From an uncultured Eubacteriales bacterium (GTDB lineage: Bacteria; Bacillota; Clostridia; Christensenellales; UMGS416), in assembly GCA_900542005.1 (NCBI GenBank), contig UQLW01000010.1, positions 6,179 through 70,178 of the forward strand: 64,000 nt of DNA. Reading direction: 5' to 3'. Position numbers and translations under genes: made by a program. Shown in pieces: positions 1 to 8,328 of the stretch (positions within the stretch are counted from its first letter, which is position 1; each line of letters opens with the position of its first letter). The notes under the pieces were generated by a model. That model worked only from the letters and a program-made list of their open reading frames with translations. It was not told where the DNA came from and searched no databases.

Positions 1-4
1 AACT

Positions 5-859
5 ATGGATGAAAGGGAGAAACCCGGAGGTTCAGTCAATCATTTGTGTAAGGGCAATATTATCATATTTCCGGATTTTGAAAAACTAAAAAACGACGTT
101 GAGAAAATGCGTGTTGAGCTATCCATGCTTATACTTGAACGCGATGAACTTCAGTTTGTCATTTGCAAAAATATCGAAATGGATTATATGCTAAAACTCG
201 GCGGTATCGAAATTAAGATATATGAAGCTCAATGTTTGGTTTTGCGTTTGAAAAGGAAAATAGAACTGATTCAGGCGAAGAAAAACCGGCAGGAAAAGGT
301 GGATATTTCGGATATTGAAAAAGTCCTTGATCGTGAATTTGTTGAGTATCAGAATCGGCTTGACGAACAAATCAACAAAATGAACGACGCGTTAGAGCGA
401 AGCAAATCAGAGGTTTTATCTGATGAAGAGCGTAAAGAACTAAAAAGCCTGTATCGGAGAATCGTCAAGGCGCTGCATCCCGATATGAATCCCGATGCTT
501 CAGAAGCCCAGGTCAAGTTGTTCGACCATGCAGTACTAGCATATAAAAGCGGCGATTTGGATACTTTGAAAATGATTGGCGAAATGGTGGGCAATCAGCC
601 TTTGCCGGAGCAACATAAAGACGCTATGGCGCAGCTCGCCAAAGAGAAAGTACGTTTAACGATCTTATTGAAAGCCATCAGAGACAGCATTGAGAAAATT
701 CGATCGGAGTATCCGTATACAATGAAAACCATTCTTGCGGATGCGGAGAAAACAGGGCAAAAGAAACGAGAGCTTGAACACATTCTTCGTCAATCCGATG
801 AACTCGTTTTGTTTTATCAGGCGAAACTCAAAGAGATGATGAGGTGTGATGATGAGTGA
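5..859 (+). CDS. J-domain (DnaJ-like) protein with a long coiled-coil N-terminal region
   Basis: The translation has the J-domain signature LYRRIVKALHPDMNPD (HPD tripeptide) followed by helix-rich sequence. The DNA is AT-rich relative to the rest of the window. The ATG is 4 nt from the window edge, so the true start could lie upstream. Confidence 0.7.
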   Translation: MDEREKPGGSVNHLCKGNIIIFPDFEKLKNDVEKMRVELSMLILERDELQFVICKNIEMDYMLKLGGIEIKIYEAQCLVLRLKRKIELIQAKKNRQEKVDISDIEKVLDREFVEYQNRLDEQINKMNDALERSKSEVLSDEERKELKSLYRRIVKALHPDMNPDASEAQVKLFDHAVLAYKSGDLDTLKMIGEMVGNQPLPEQHKDAMAQLAKEKVRLTILLKAIRDSIEKIRSEYPYTMKTILADAEKTGQKKRELEHILRQSDELVLFYQAKLKEMMRCDDE

Positions 860-1250
860 TTTAGTAAAATCAGACGCCGGTGGACTAATAAGATTGTTTC
901 ACGGTAAAAATGACGGGCTTTCCCTACCGAAACCCTTTGAAAGAGATATTTTCCTTTTTGATACTTATGTTGCAGGAACCACGCATATTGAGGGAATTGA
1001 AGAATTGGAGCCGCACTTGAATCAGGATGATCGGCTTGAATTCTTTCGGGAACCGGATAATCCTTTTGACCAGCAAGCCATTGTGATAAAAACACGTGAC
1101 GGCGTAAAAATCGGTTATGTGCCCAAACAGGACAATGTGATATTCGCCCGGTTGATGGATGCTGGTAAACTACTATTTGGTAAGATTACCGCAAAGGAAA
1201 AGAAAGGCTCGTGGTTCAAGATTTATATAAGGATTTTTCTGCACGAATAA
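846..1250 (+). CDS. HIRAN domain protein
   Basis: The translation (FDTYVAGTTHIEGIEELEPHL...LEFFREPDNPFDQQAIVIKTRDGVKIGYVPKQDNVIFARLMD) matches the standalone HIRAN domain pattern. It overlaps the J-domain ORF by 14 nt, suggesting translational coupling. Confidence 0.7.
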   Translation: MMMSDLVKSDAGGLIRLFHGKNDGLSLPKPFERDIFLFDTYVAGTTHIEGIEELEPHLNQDDRLEFFREPDNPFDQQAIVIKTRDGVKIGYVPKQDNVIFARLMDAGKLLFGKITAKEKKGSWFKIYIRIFLHE

Positions 1251-1524
1251 TGCTTAGGAAAAGCCTAAACGCTAATTCCGTTTGAAGCATGAGCCTATCT
1301 TGATAGGTTACAGCCTCAAGCCGCCTATGAGCATTTTTGATCAAACAGGTAAAGCGCTTTTCCATTGTAGGTTTTCGGGAGCGGCCCGAATGCAGCATTT
1401 GAATGCTGCCGTTTTCCCAATATGCGCTGGGATAGCGTCCACGGGCGGCGACAGCCGTATAGCCAAGCCTGTCCATAAAGGGTTTGATCGGTAAATTAAG
1501 ATAGGACGAAATATAAAGAAAATT

Positions 1525-1568
1525 CAGCCTGCGCAGTTATTTCTCCGCAGGCTGTATCGTTTTATTTG
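1525..1568. terminator. Bidirectional rho-independent terminator candidate
   Basis: A 9-bp stem (cagcctgcg at 1525-1533 pairs with cgcaggctg at 1546-1554) is followed by tatcgttttattt on the plus strand and preceded by an A-run. It lies between the AT-rich patch and the minus-strand flavin reductase gene. Confidence 0.5.
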
Positions 1569-1653
1569 AAAAATGGTTCAGTATTTCCGCTCTTCGTCGC
1601 ACAAAGCCAGGAAAATACCATCGCCGCAACCCCTTAGGGCGGGACAAAACCGG

Positions 1654-2163
1654 TTATTCGTTCACATAGCAGGCCAGAATTTCGCCATAGTAGGCGACGT
1701 GCATGTCATGATCCTTGTAGAAGCCCTCCATGATTTCCGGGGCCAGCGCATCCTCATCCAGCAGGGTTCGGGCCACCACGCGGCACTCAAAGTGCAGCCA
1801 GGCCTCCCCGATCACCGGGCAATCCACCTTCTGGCCGGGCTGGGCGGTCAGCTGGCAGGCGGTGAATTTGTCCTCATCGCGGCCCGACTTACTGCCGCAG
1901 AAGGCAAGGGCCTTGTCCAGACTGCCATCCTTGGGCACCGATACGGTAAAGACGGGGTTTTCCTTCAGCTGCCGGTCGGTAAAGCGGCTCTGGCGTACCA
2001 CGCAGGTAAAAACCGGCCTCCGCCAGTAATACCCTACCGAGCCCCAGCCGATGGTCATGGTATTCAGGCGGCCGCCGGCCCCCTTGGTGGTGAGAAAGGC
2101 GCCCTGCCGGGTCATCTTGCCGAAGAGCTCAGGATGCAGCTGCGTGTAGTCGATCTGTTTCAT
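1654..2163 (-). CDS. Flavin reductase-like FMN-binding (split-barrel) protein
   Basis: The translation contains LTTKGAGGRLNTMTIGWGSVGYYWRRPVF, typical of this family. A GGAGG RBS lies upstream of the ATG. Confidence 0.75.
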   Translation of the reverse strand: MKQIDYTQLHPELFGKMTRQGAFLTTKGAGGRLNTMTIGWGSVGYYWRRPVFTCVVRQSRFTDRQLKENPVFTVSVPKDGSLDKALAFCGSKSGRDEDKFTACQLTAQPGQKVDCPVIGEAWLHFECRVVARTLLDEDALAPEIMEGFYKDHDMHVAYYGEILACYVNE

Positions 2164-2214
2164 CTTTGCCTCCTTTTCCGGGGAAAGCCCCCATCAGTCT
2201 ATGCTTGCCGCCGG

Positions 2215-2688
2215 TCAATAGATGCGGGGTTCCTCCCGGCGGGCATGGAAGAACCCGGTAAGAAGCTGGGCGCATTCGGCCCGGAGCACGCCGCCGGTGG
2301 CCCGGGCGCGCCAGGGGAAGCGCTCATCCTCGGGCAGGTTATAGAGCGTGCCGCAGCAGCCGGCGCGGCCGTCGTACGCGCCGAATACCACATGGGCGAT
2401 GCGGGCCTGCATCAGCGCGCCGGCGCACATGGGGCAGGGCTCCAGCGTGACGAAAAGCGTGGCCTCCGACAGGTTCCACCCACCGGCGGCCTGGGCGGCG
2501 GCACGCAGCGCCTCCACCTCGGCGTGGGCCAGGGGGTCGCCGGTCAGCTGGCGGCGGTTGCGGCCCCGGGCCAGCAGGCGGTCCCCTGCGACAATGCAGG
2601 CCCCCACCGGCACGTCGCCGGCCTCGCCGGCCAGCCGCGCCTCCTCCAGGGCGATGCGCATATAGCGCTCCATCATGTCCCGGGTCAT
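2215..2688 (-). CDS. tadA: tRNA adenosine(34) deaminase
   Basis: The zinc-deaminase motifs HAEVEAL and PCPMCAGAL are present, the size is 157 aa, and an AGGAGG RBS precedes the start. Confidence 0.9.
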   Translation of the reverse strand: MTRDMMERYMRIALEEARLAGEAGDVPVGACIVAGDRLLARGRNRRQLTGDPLAHAEVEALRAAAQAAGGWNLSEATLFVTLEPCPMCAGALMQARIAHVVFGAYDGRAGCCGTLYNLPEDERFPWRARATGGVLRAECAQLLTGFFHARREEPRIY

Positions 2689-2805
2689 GGCATCCTCCTT
2701 TTCACCTCCAATTATGGGCTGGCCGATGGCCGCCTGTCAAGCGCCTTGTCTTGTATCCCGGGTAGCAGATGTGATATGGTAAAGGGGAAGGGGGGTGAGG
2801 GAGGA

Positions 2806-3471
2806 ATGACAATGGAAGCTTTGGATCGGATCCGCGCGCCTAAGGCCCGGCGGGGGTTTCCGGGGGCGCTGGCGCCGGTGGTGCTGCTGGCGCTGGCCGG
2901 CCTGGCTGCCGGCGTGGCCGCCAAATGGCTGGACGTGCTGGCTCTTGACGACACGGTGCTGTGGCAGGCGGTTCTGGGGCGTATGGATCTTCGGAATGTC
3001 TTTTCCCGCCCGGCAGCCTGGGCGGCGATGGCCCTGCCCATCGCCCTGTTCAGCCGCGGCCCGCTGCGGGCCGGTCTCCATGTGCTGGCCTTCTTTGCCG
3101 GGATGACGGCGGGATATTACATGTATACCATCGCCGCGGCCGGCTTTTTCCCCCGGCAGCAGATCCTGCTCTGGAGCGCGGTTACGCTGGCTACGCCCCT
3201 GGCGGGCATAGCCGCCTGGTATGCCCGGGGAAGGGGATGGCCGGCAGCGCTCATGGGCGGGCTTGTCCTGGCGTTTTTCCTTACCCAGGCCTTTGCCTGG
3301 GGCAGGTGGTATCTGGATATACGGTATCCGGCTGAGCTGGTTTGCCTGGCGCTGGCCGCGCTGATGCTGCTGCGTTTTCGGTGGGAATACGCCGCCGCAC
3401 TGGCCGCGGCCATGGTTTTGGCGCCGGGCCTGAAGCTGCTGCTGGAGGCTGTGCTTGGGCTCATCCTGTAG
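2806..3471 (+). CDS. Hypothetical polytopic membrane protein
   Basis: This is the C-terminal part of the 632-aa track ORF. The ATG at 2806 is preceded by gggtgagggagga. The product has several hydrophobic helices, and the upstream part of the long ORF is antisense to tadA and the flavin reductase gene. Confidence 0.55.
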   Translation: MTMEALDRIRAPKARRGFPGALAPVVLLALAGLAAGVAAKWLDVLALDDTVLWQAVLGRMDLRNVFSRPAAWAAMALPIALFSRGPLRAGLHVLAFFAGMTAGYYMYTIAAAGFFPRQQILLWSAVTLATPLAGIAAWYARGRGWPAALMGGLVLAFFLTQAFAWGRWYLDIRYPAELVCLALAALMLLRFRWEYAAALAAAMVLAPGLKLLLEAVLGLIL

Positions 3472-3563
3472 GTGGAGCCTGCCGCGGGGCGGCAAAGGAC
3501 CTTGCGCTTTCGGGCCGGAGCAAACGGGCCGGGGCGGGACGACGATAAAGAGGAGGCAACAAC

Positions 3564-4931
3564 ATGACACCGAGGCAGCAATGGATCGCGCAGGCGGTGG
3601 AAAAGCACCGCGCCATGATCCTGGAGGCGGAACGCTGGCTGTGGGCCCATCCCCAGACGGGCTATACCGAGTGGGAGGCCCACCAATACCTGAAAGAGCG
3701 CTTTGAGGCGCTGGGCTATTCGCTGACCCTGGCCGGCGATATTCCGGGCTTTTATACCGACGTGGACACCGGCTGTCCCGGCCCTAAGCTCTGCATTATG
3801 GGCGAGCTGGACGCGCTGGACATCGCCAATCATCCGGAATCGGTCAATGGCATGACCCACTGCTGCGGGCATCATGGCCAGGGAGCGGCCCTGCTGGGGA
3901 TGGCGGCGGCCCTGAAGGAGCCCGGCGCGCTGGAGGGCATGAGCGGCTCCATCCGGCTGATGGCCGTACCCGCCGAGGAGATGATCCAGCTGGCCTTCCG
4001 GGAGCAGCTGCGGCAAAAAGGCGTGATCCGGTACCTGGGGGGCAAGGTAGAGTTTATGGCCCGGGGCTATTTTGACGGCGTGGACCTGGCCATGATGGTG
4101 CATGGCGCGGCCATGGGAGAGGATACCGACTTTAGCTGCGAGCTGGGCAACAACGGATGCCTGGCCAAGACCATCCGCTTTAAGGGGCGTTCATCCCACG
4201 CCGGCGGCGCGCCTCATCTGGGGGTGAACGCCCAGTACGCGGCCATGCTGGGCCTGGAGGCCTGCAATGCCCTGCGGGAAACCTTTCAGGACAAGGATAC
4301 CGTCCGCTTCCATCCCATCCTGATGGGCGCCAACTGCGCGGTCAACATCATCCCCGATGAGATGAAGATCGAAAGCTATGTGCGGGCCAACAACATCGAG
4401 GCCATGAAGCGGGAGAATCAGAAGATCAACCGCGCCCTGGCCGGCGCAGCCCTGGCCATGGGGGCAGGGGTGGAGCTCTCCGACCGGCCTGGCTATTCGC
4501 CGGAATACCATGATCCGGAGATGATGCAGCTGGTGGAGCGCTGCTGCGCCGACCTGGTGGGCGCAGGCCGCGTAGCCTTCGACTACAGCGCCCGAAGCAC
4601 CGGCTCCTCCGATTTCGGCGATTTGACCTGCGTGATGCCCGGCATACAGTTCTACAGCGCCGGCGCATCCGGCACCGGCCACGGCACCGATTATGCCATT
4701 ACCGATCCGGAGCGGCTGTGCGTCAACGCCGCCAAGGCCCAGCTGCTGGCGGCCGATGCGCTGCTGTGCGGCGGCGCGGACCAGGCCCAAAGGATTGTCT
4801 CCGGCTATAAGCCGCAGTATCCCTCCATCCCCGCCTATCTGGCCGCCATCGACCAGCTTTTCCTGGAGAAGGACGCGGTGGTCTATGACGAAGCGGGCAA
4901 CGCGAGGGTGGATTACCAAAACGAAGCATAG
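3564..4931 (+). CDS. M20-family amidohydrolase/peptidase (AbgB-like)
   Basis: The product is 455 aa with the motif HCCGHHGQGAALLG and overall M20D-like sequence. A GAGGAGG RBS is present. Confidence 0.85.
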   Translation: MTPRQQWIAQAVEKHRAMILEAERWLWAHPQTGYTEWEAHQYLKERFEALGYSLTLAGDIPGFYTDVDTGCPGPKLCIMGELDALDIANHPESVNGMTHCCGHHGQGAALLGMAAALKEPGALEGMSGSIRLMAVPAEEMIQLAFREQLRQKGVIRYLGGKVEFMARGYFDGVDLAMMVHGAAMGEDTDFSCELGNNGCLAKTIRFKGRSSHAGGAPHLGVNAQYAAMLGLEACNALRETFQDKDTVRFHPILMGANCAVNIIPDEMKIESYVRANNIEAMKRENQKINRALAGAALAMGAGVELSDRPGYSPEYHDPEMMQLVERCCADLVGAGRVAFDYSARSTGSSDFGDLTCVMPGIQFYSAGASGTGHGTDYAITDPERLCVNAAKAQLLAADALLCGGADQAQRIVSGYKPQYPSIPAYLAAIDQLFLEKDAVVYDEAGNARVDYQNEA

Positions 4932-4937
4932 ACGAGG

Positions 4938-4973
4938 ACAAGCCCGCTGCATCATCCCATGCAGCGGGCTTGT
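4938..4973 (+). terminator. Rho-independent terminator candidate
   Basis: A 15-bp perfect stem (acaagcccgctgcat pairs with atgcagcgggcttgt) lies immediately after the M20 stop codon. Confidence 0.6.
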
Positions 4974-5031
4974 TGCGATTAACATGATGGATAGCGTAGA
5001 TAAGGTATAGGGGAATCATGAGGTGATCGTG

Positions 5032-6834
5032 ATGGCATGGTTCAAGAGGGTGGCGGCCATCATTGCGGCGATGGTATGCGCCTGCTGTACGGGCTGCGGA
5101 CAGGTGGAACCCCATGCGCAAGGGAAGATCACAGGAGCCGCCCCCATCCAAGAGGCGGCCAGCTGGCAGCGCGATACATCGCCGGTGAAGCTGACCATCA
5201 ATTATGGCGGTAAGAATTTGCAATGGGGAAGGGACGATATATCCCGCCGGATCATGGATCTGACAGGCGTGAGCCTTGTCCTGCCGGCGGAAAACCAGCC
5301 GCTGGAAGTGATGCAGGCCTCGGGCGCGCTTACCGACCTTGTGAAGGTGACAACCAGCCAGGAGGTCATCCGTCTGTCCGACAGCGGCGATTGCTGGGCC
5401 TTGGATGAATTAGCCGCGCAATATTGCCCGGATTTTTGGGAATATCTAGACCCACTGGAGCGGCTGAACAACCAGTGCGGGGACGGCCATGTCTATACGC
5501 TGAAGAAAAATAGCCGCAGTGAAGCGAACTATACCGATCCGGCCGTTCCGATTACGCCGCCCTATACGCTGGGCCTGCGGCAGGACCTGTTGAATCGGGC
5601 CGGGGAATCAATCCCTACCTCAGTAGAGGAATTGGAGGCGCTGCTGTACCGGATCAAAGGCCGGGCGCAGGAGCTGGGCTTTGTTTCGCCGCTGCGATTA
5701 GCCGATGTGGTCGAGACCCCGATACCGGGATGGATGGGCATTTGGCAGACTATCTACTGGGACGAAGCCGAAGGCAAGGTGCGGGCGCCATGGAGGCAGC
5801 GGCAGTGGATGGGGTATCTGAAGATGCTTCGCCGGTGGCTTCAGGATGGGATTATTGAATTGCCGGAGGGGCCTCTTCCATGGCGGCACGATCAGTTAAA
5901 TGCCATAATTGATCCGGACGATCCCAATAAAGGTACATATGAGGAAGCCCAATATGCCTACTATGAAGAGACCAGGGGCAGTTGGTTTGCCACAGCCCAG
6001 AGCAAAATCACCCCTGTCTATGATATCTATTCATGGCGGCAAGGGGCCGATGCCCATGAATCCCCCTTTCCCTATGTGTTGGCGGAGGGGCCGCTGCGGT
6101 ATCAGGGGGAAATCCGGTACCGGACAGCGGATGTGGATACGGCGAAGAGCTCCATGCGCATCTGGGATGACGGCGGCCTTTTTATTTCAAAGGCTTGCGC
6201 CCAGCCAGAGCGGGCGATCCTGTTTTTGCAGTTTTTGAAAAGCCCCCAGGGGGCCCGGCTGACCCACTGGGGCGTGGAGGGGCTGCATTATACGGTTCAG
6301 GAGGACGGCACGCTGCGGTATCATGCCGAATACCGGCGTCCGGCAGAGGACGCCAGCGGGGGAGGGCTTGCCTCGTTATCGTCATCGGTTCGGAGCAAGA
6401 CAGGATTGGGGCAATGGATCTTCGTGGAGGATTCGCGGGCGATGGGCGCAATGGCTGCCTCGCCGGAGCTTTATTACAGCAATGCCGATCTGATTGCTTA
6501 CCGCAGGATGGAAATTCAGGCGGGGATGGCCTACAAGGGCTATGCTGCCCGGGGGCGGAATCCGGCGCTTGCCTGTGCGCTGCCCGATGAGCGGACGCCA
6601 GAGTTATTGGAACTGTATCGGAAGCTGGACGACGCCTGGCATAAGGCGGCCCGGGACATGGTAGAAGCGCCCAACGAGGAGGAGCTGGAAAAAGCGTGGG
6701 CGGCAATGGAAGATTTTATGGAAGGCGAAGGGGTGGACGCGCTTGAGCAAGAGATGACCGGGCGCTTCCTCCGGGCGCTGCCGCGCTACCAGCAGGCAGG
6801 GTACCTGGAGGAAATCCAAACATCCGCATCATAA
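5032..6834 (+). CDS. Extracellular solute-binding lipoprotein (sugar ABC-transporter SBP family)
   Basis: The signal peptide has a lipobox-like CCTGCGQ, and the size of about 600 aa fits large family-1 SBPs. I prefer the ATG at 5032 (RBS aggtga) over the GTG at 5023. No permease or ATPase genes are adjacent. Confidence 0.75.
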   Translation: MAWFKRVAAIIAAMVCACCTGCGQVEPHAQGKITGAAPIQEAASWQRDTSPVKLTINYGGKNLQWGRDDISRRIMDLTGVSLVLPAENQPLEVMQASGALTDLVKVTTSQEVIRLSDSGDCWALDELAAQYCPDFWEYLDPLERLNNQCGDGHVYTLKKNSRSEANYTDPAVPITPPYTLGLRQDLLNRAGESIPTSVEELEALLYRIKGRAQELGFVSPLRLADVVETPIPGWMGIWQTIYWDEAEGKVRAPWRQRQWMGYLKMLRRWLQDGIIELPEGPLPWRHDQLNAIIDPDDPNKGTYEEAQYAYYEETRGSWFATAQSKITPVYDIYSWRQGADAHESPFPYVLAEGPLRYQGEIRYRTADVDTAKSSMRIWDDGGLFISKACAQPERAILFLQFLKSPQGARLTHWGVEGLHYTVQEDGTLRYHAEYRRPAEDASGGGLASLSSSVRSKTGLGQWIFVEDSRAMGAMAASPELYYSNADLIAYRRMEIQAGMAYKGYAARGRNPALACALPDERTPELLELYRKLDDAWHKAARDMVEAPNEEELEKAWAAMEDFMEGEGVDALEQEMTGRFLRALPRYQQAGYLEEIQTSAS

Positions 6835-6840
6835 AGGCAA

Positions 6841-6869
6841 AGGCCCGGCATCGTACAAATGCCGGGCCT
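6841..6869. terminator. Bidirectional terminator hairpin
   Basis: A 10-bp stem (aggcccggca pairs with tgccgggcct) lies between the convergent SBP and bcp genes. Confidence 0.5.
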
Positions 6870-6912
6870 TACAATTGCCGTAAACCTGTATTTTTGCTTG
6901 CCTAAACGTACG

Positions 6913-7374
6913 TTATTTCCCCGAAAGATAGGCGGCGACATCGGCGGCGTTGGTGTCGGGCTTCACCTTTTCCATGACCTTTTCCACGACGCCCTTTTCA
7001 TCGATGATGAAGGTGGTGCGCACCGTGCCCATGCTGACCTTGCCGCACATCTTTTTTTCCTGCCATACGCCGTAGGCCTCCATCACCGCGTGATCGGGAT
7101 CGGAGAGCAGCAGGAAATTGAGTTCATTTTTCTCCGCGAATTTACGGTGGGAGGCGGCGGAGTCCTTGCTGATGCCGATCACCGCGGCGTTCAGCGCGGC
7201 CATCTGGTCCTGGGCGTCGCGGAAGGCGCAGGCCTGGCGGGTGCAGCCGGCCGTGTTGTCCTTGGGGTAGAAATACAGCACCACGCGCTGACCGGCGAAA
7301 TCCGACAGGCTGTGGGCCTTGCCGTCCATGTCAAGAAGGGTGAAATCCGGGGCTTTGGTTCCTGCAGTAAGCAT
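6913..7374 (-). CDS. bcp: Thioredoxin-dependent thiol peroxidase (peroxiredoxin Bcp)
   Basis: The translation reads MLTAGTKAPDFTLLDMDGKAHSLSDFAGQRVVLYFYPKDNTAGCTRQ, with the peroxidatic Cys in the TAGCT context. The start was moved to 7374, which has an AGGAGG RBS. Confidence 0.9.
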   Translation of the reverse strand: MLTAGTKAPDFTLLDMDGKAHSLSDFAGQRVVLYFYPKDNTAGCTRQACAFRDAQDQMAALNAAVIGISKDSAASHRKFAEKNELNFLLLSDPDHAVMEAYGVWQEKKMCGKVSMGTVRTTFIIDEKGVVEKVMEKVKPDTNAADVAAYLSGK

Positions 7375-7387
7375 ATGCTGATACCTC

Positions 7388-8125
7388 CTATTGCTGATAG
7401 AATCGATAGATTTGTCCTGTGGAGCGCTCGGGCGAAAAGCGGTAGCCCAGGCTGTCAAAGCCCTTGAGCTCCTCCGGCCGGTCGATGCCTGAGGTAATCG
7501 CATAGCGGGCCATGGCGCCGCGGGCCATCTTGGCCGCCGTCGCCATCACCCGATAGCGTCCCCGGCTGAGCGTGAAAAATTCGCAGGTAATCATCCTGTC
7601 CTTGGGGGTCAGGTAGGGCGTAACCGCTCGGGCATATTCGGCCGAGGCCAGGTTGACCACCGTATCGCCCGGCGTGAACAGCGCCTGATACAGCCTGTCC
7701 CCCCAGTAGGCATACAGGCTGCCCCCAGCCTCCGCCAGGCGGCAGCCCATTTCCAGCCGGTGGGGCAGGATACCGTCCAGCGGCCGCAGCAGGCCATAAA
7801 GGCCGCTGAGGATCCGCAGATGCGCCTGGGCGAATGCAACCTGCCGCTGGGAAAAGCCCTCCGGCGCCATGGTGGAAAAGACGAGGCCGCGGTAGGCAAA
7901 GAGCGCGGGGGCGCCCGGCGCCGACCAATCCATATCCTGGTAATCCATAAAGGCGCGCAGGGCCAGCGCCGGGCTGGTCTTCAGCGCGGCTGCCAGGGCG
8001 CCGGGGCTGTAGCTCTTCAGCCGGTCTGCCAGGTAAGCGGCCTGCGCCATAAACTGCGGCCGGCTCTGGGGCGGGACCGGCGTACCGGCGTCCATCCGCT
8101 TGGCCGGGGAAAGGATCATCAGCAT
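7388..8125 (-). CDS. yaaA: Peroxide stress protein YaaA (UPF0246)
   Basis: The N-terminus MLMILSPAKRMD and the 245-aa length fit YaaA. Only a 13-nt gap separates it from bcp, suggesting an operon. Confidence 0.85.
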   Translation of the reverse strand: MLMILSPAKRMDAGTPVPPQSRPQFMAQAAYLADRLKSYSPGALAAALKTSPALALRAFMDYQDMDWSAPGAPALFAYRGLVFSTMAPEGFSQRQVAFAQAHLRILSGLYGLLRPLDGILPHRLEMGCRLAEAGGSLYAYWGDRLYQALFTPGDTVVNLASAEYARAVTPYLTPKDRMITCEFFTLSRGRYRVMATAAKMARGAMARYAITSGIDRPEELKGFDSLGYRFSPERSTGQIYRFYQQ

Positions 8126-8328
8126 GGCCGCCTCCTGGTTTATGTGGATGGTTCAAAGTATATCATAAGATTGATAACAAATCAATAATTAAAACAAATA
8201 AAGGCGGGCCGCAGGTTTCGTAGGTTTCGCTCCCGATATGCCACAAGGGTCAGTTTTCTTCATATCCATGGGGCGGTGGCCGTGGTATGATGGGAGCGAA
8301 ACGGACAGACCCTGCAAAGGAGGCCCCT

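Noticed and set aside
1216-1494. These are overlapping 86-aa minus and 70-aa plus ORFs at the junction of the AT-rich patch and the backbone.
   Set aside because: Neither has an RBS or a motif I can name. The minus frame vaguely resembles a fragment (..FMDRLGYTAV..), so this may be gene debris at an insertion junction. It is too weak to call.
1573-2805. This is the N-terminal two-thirds of the 632-aa plus-strand ORF (1573-3471).
   Set aside because: It is antisense to the well-supported flavin reductase and tadA genes, and its Ala/Gly/Arg-rich composition is typical of shadow frames in high-GC DNA. I kept only the hydrophobic part from 2806, which has its own RBS.
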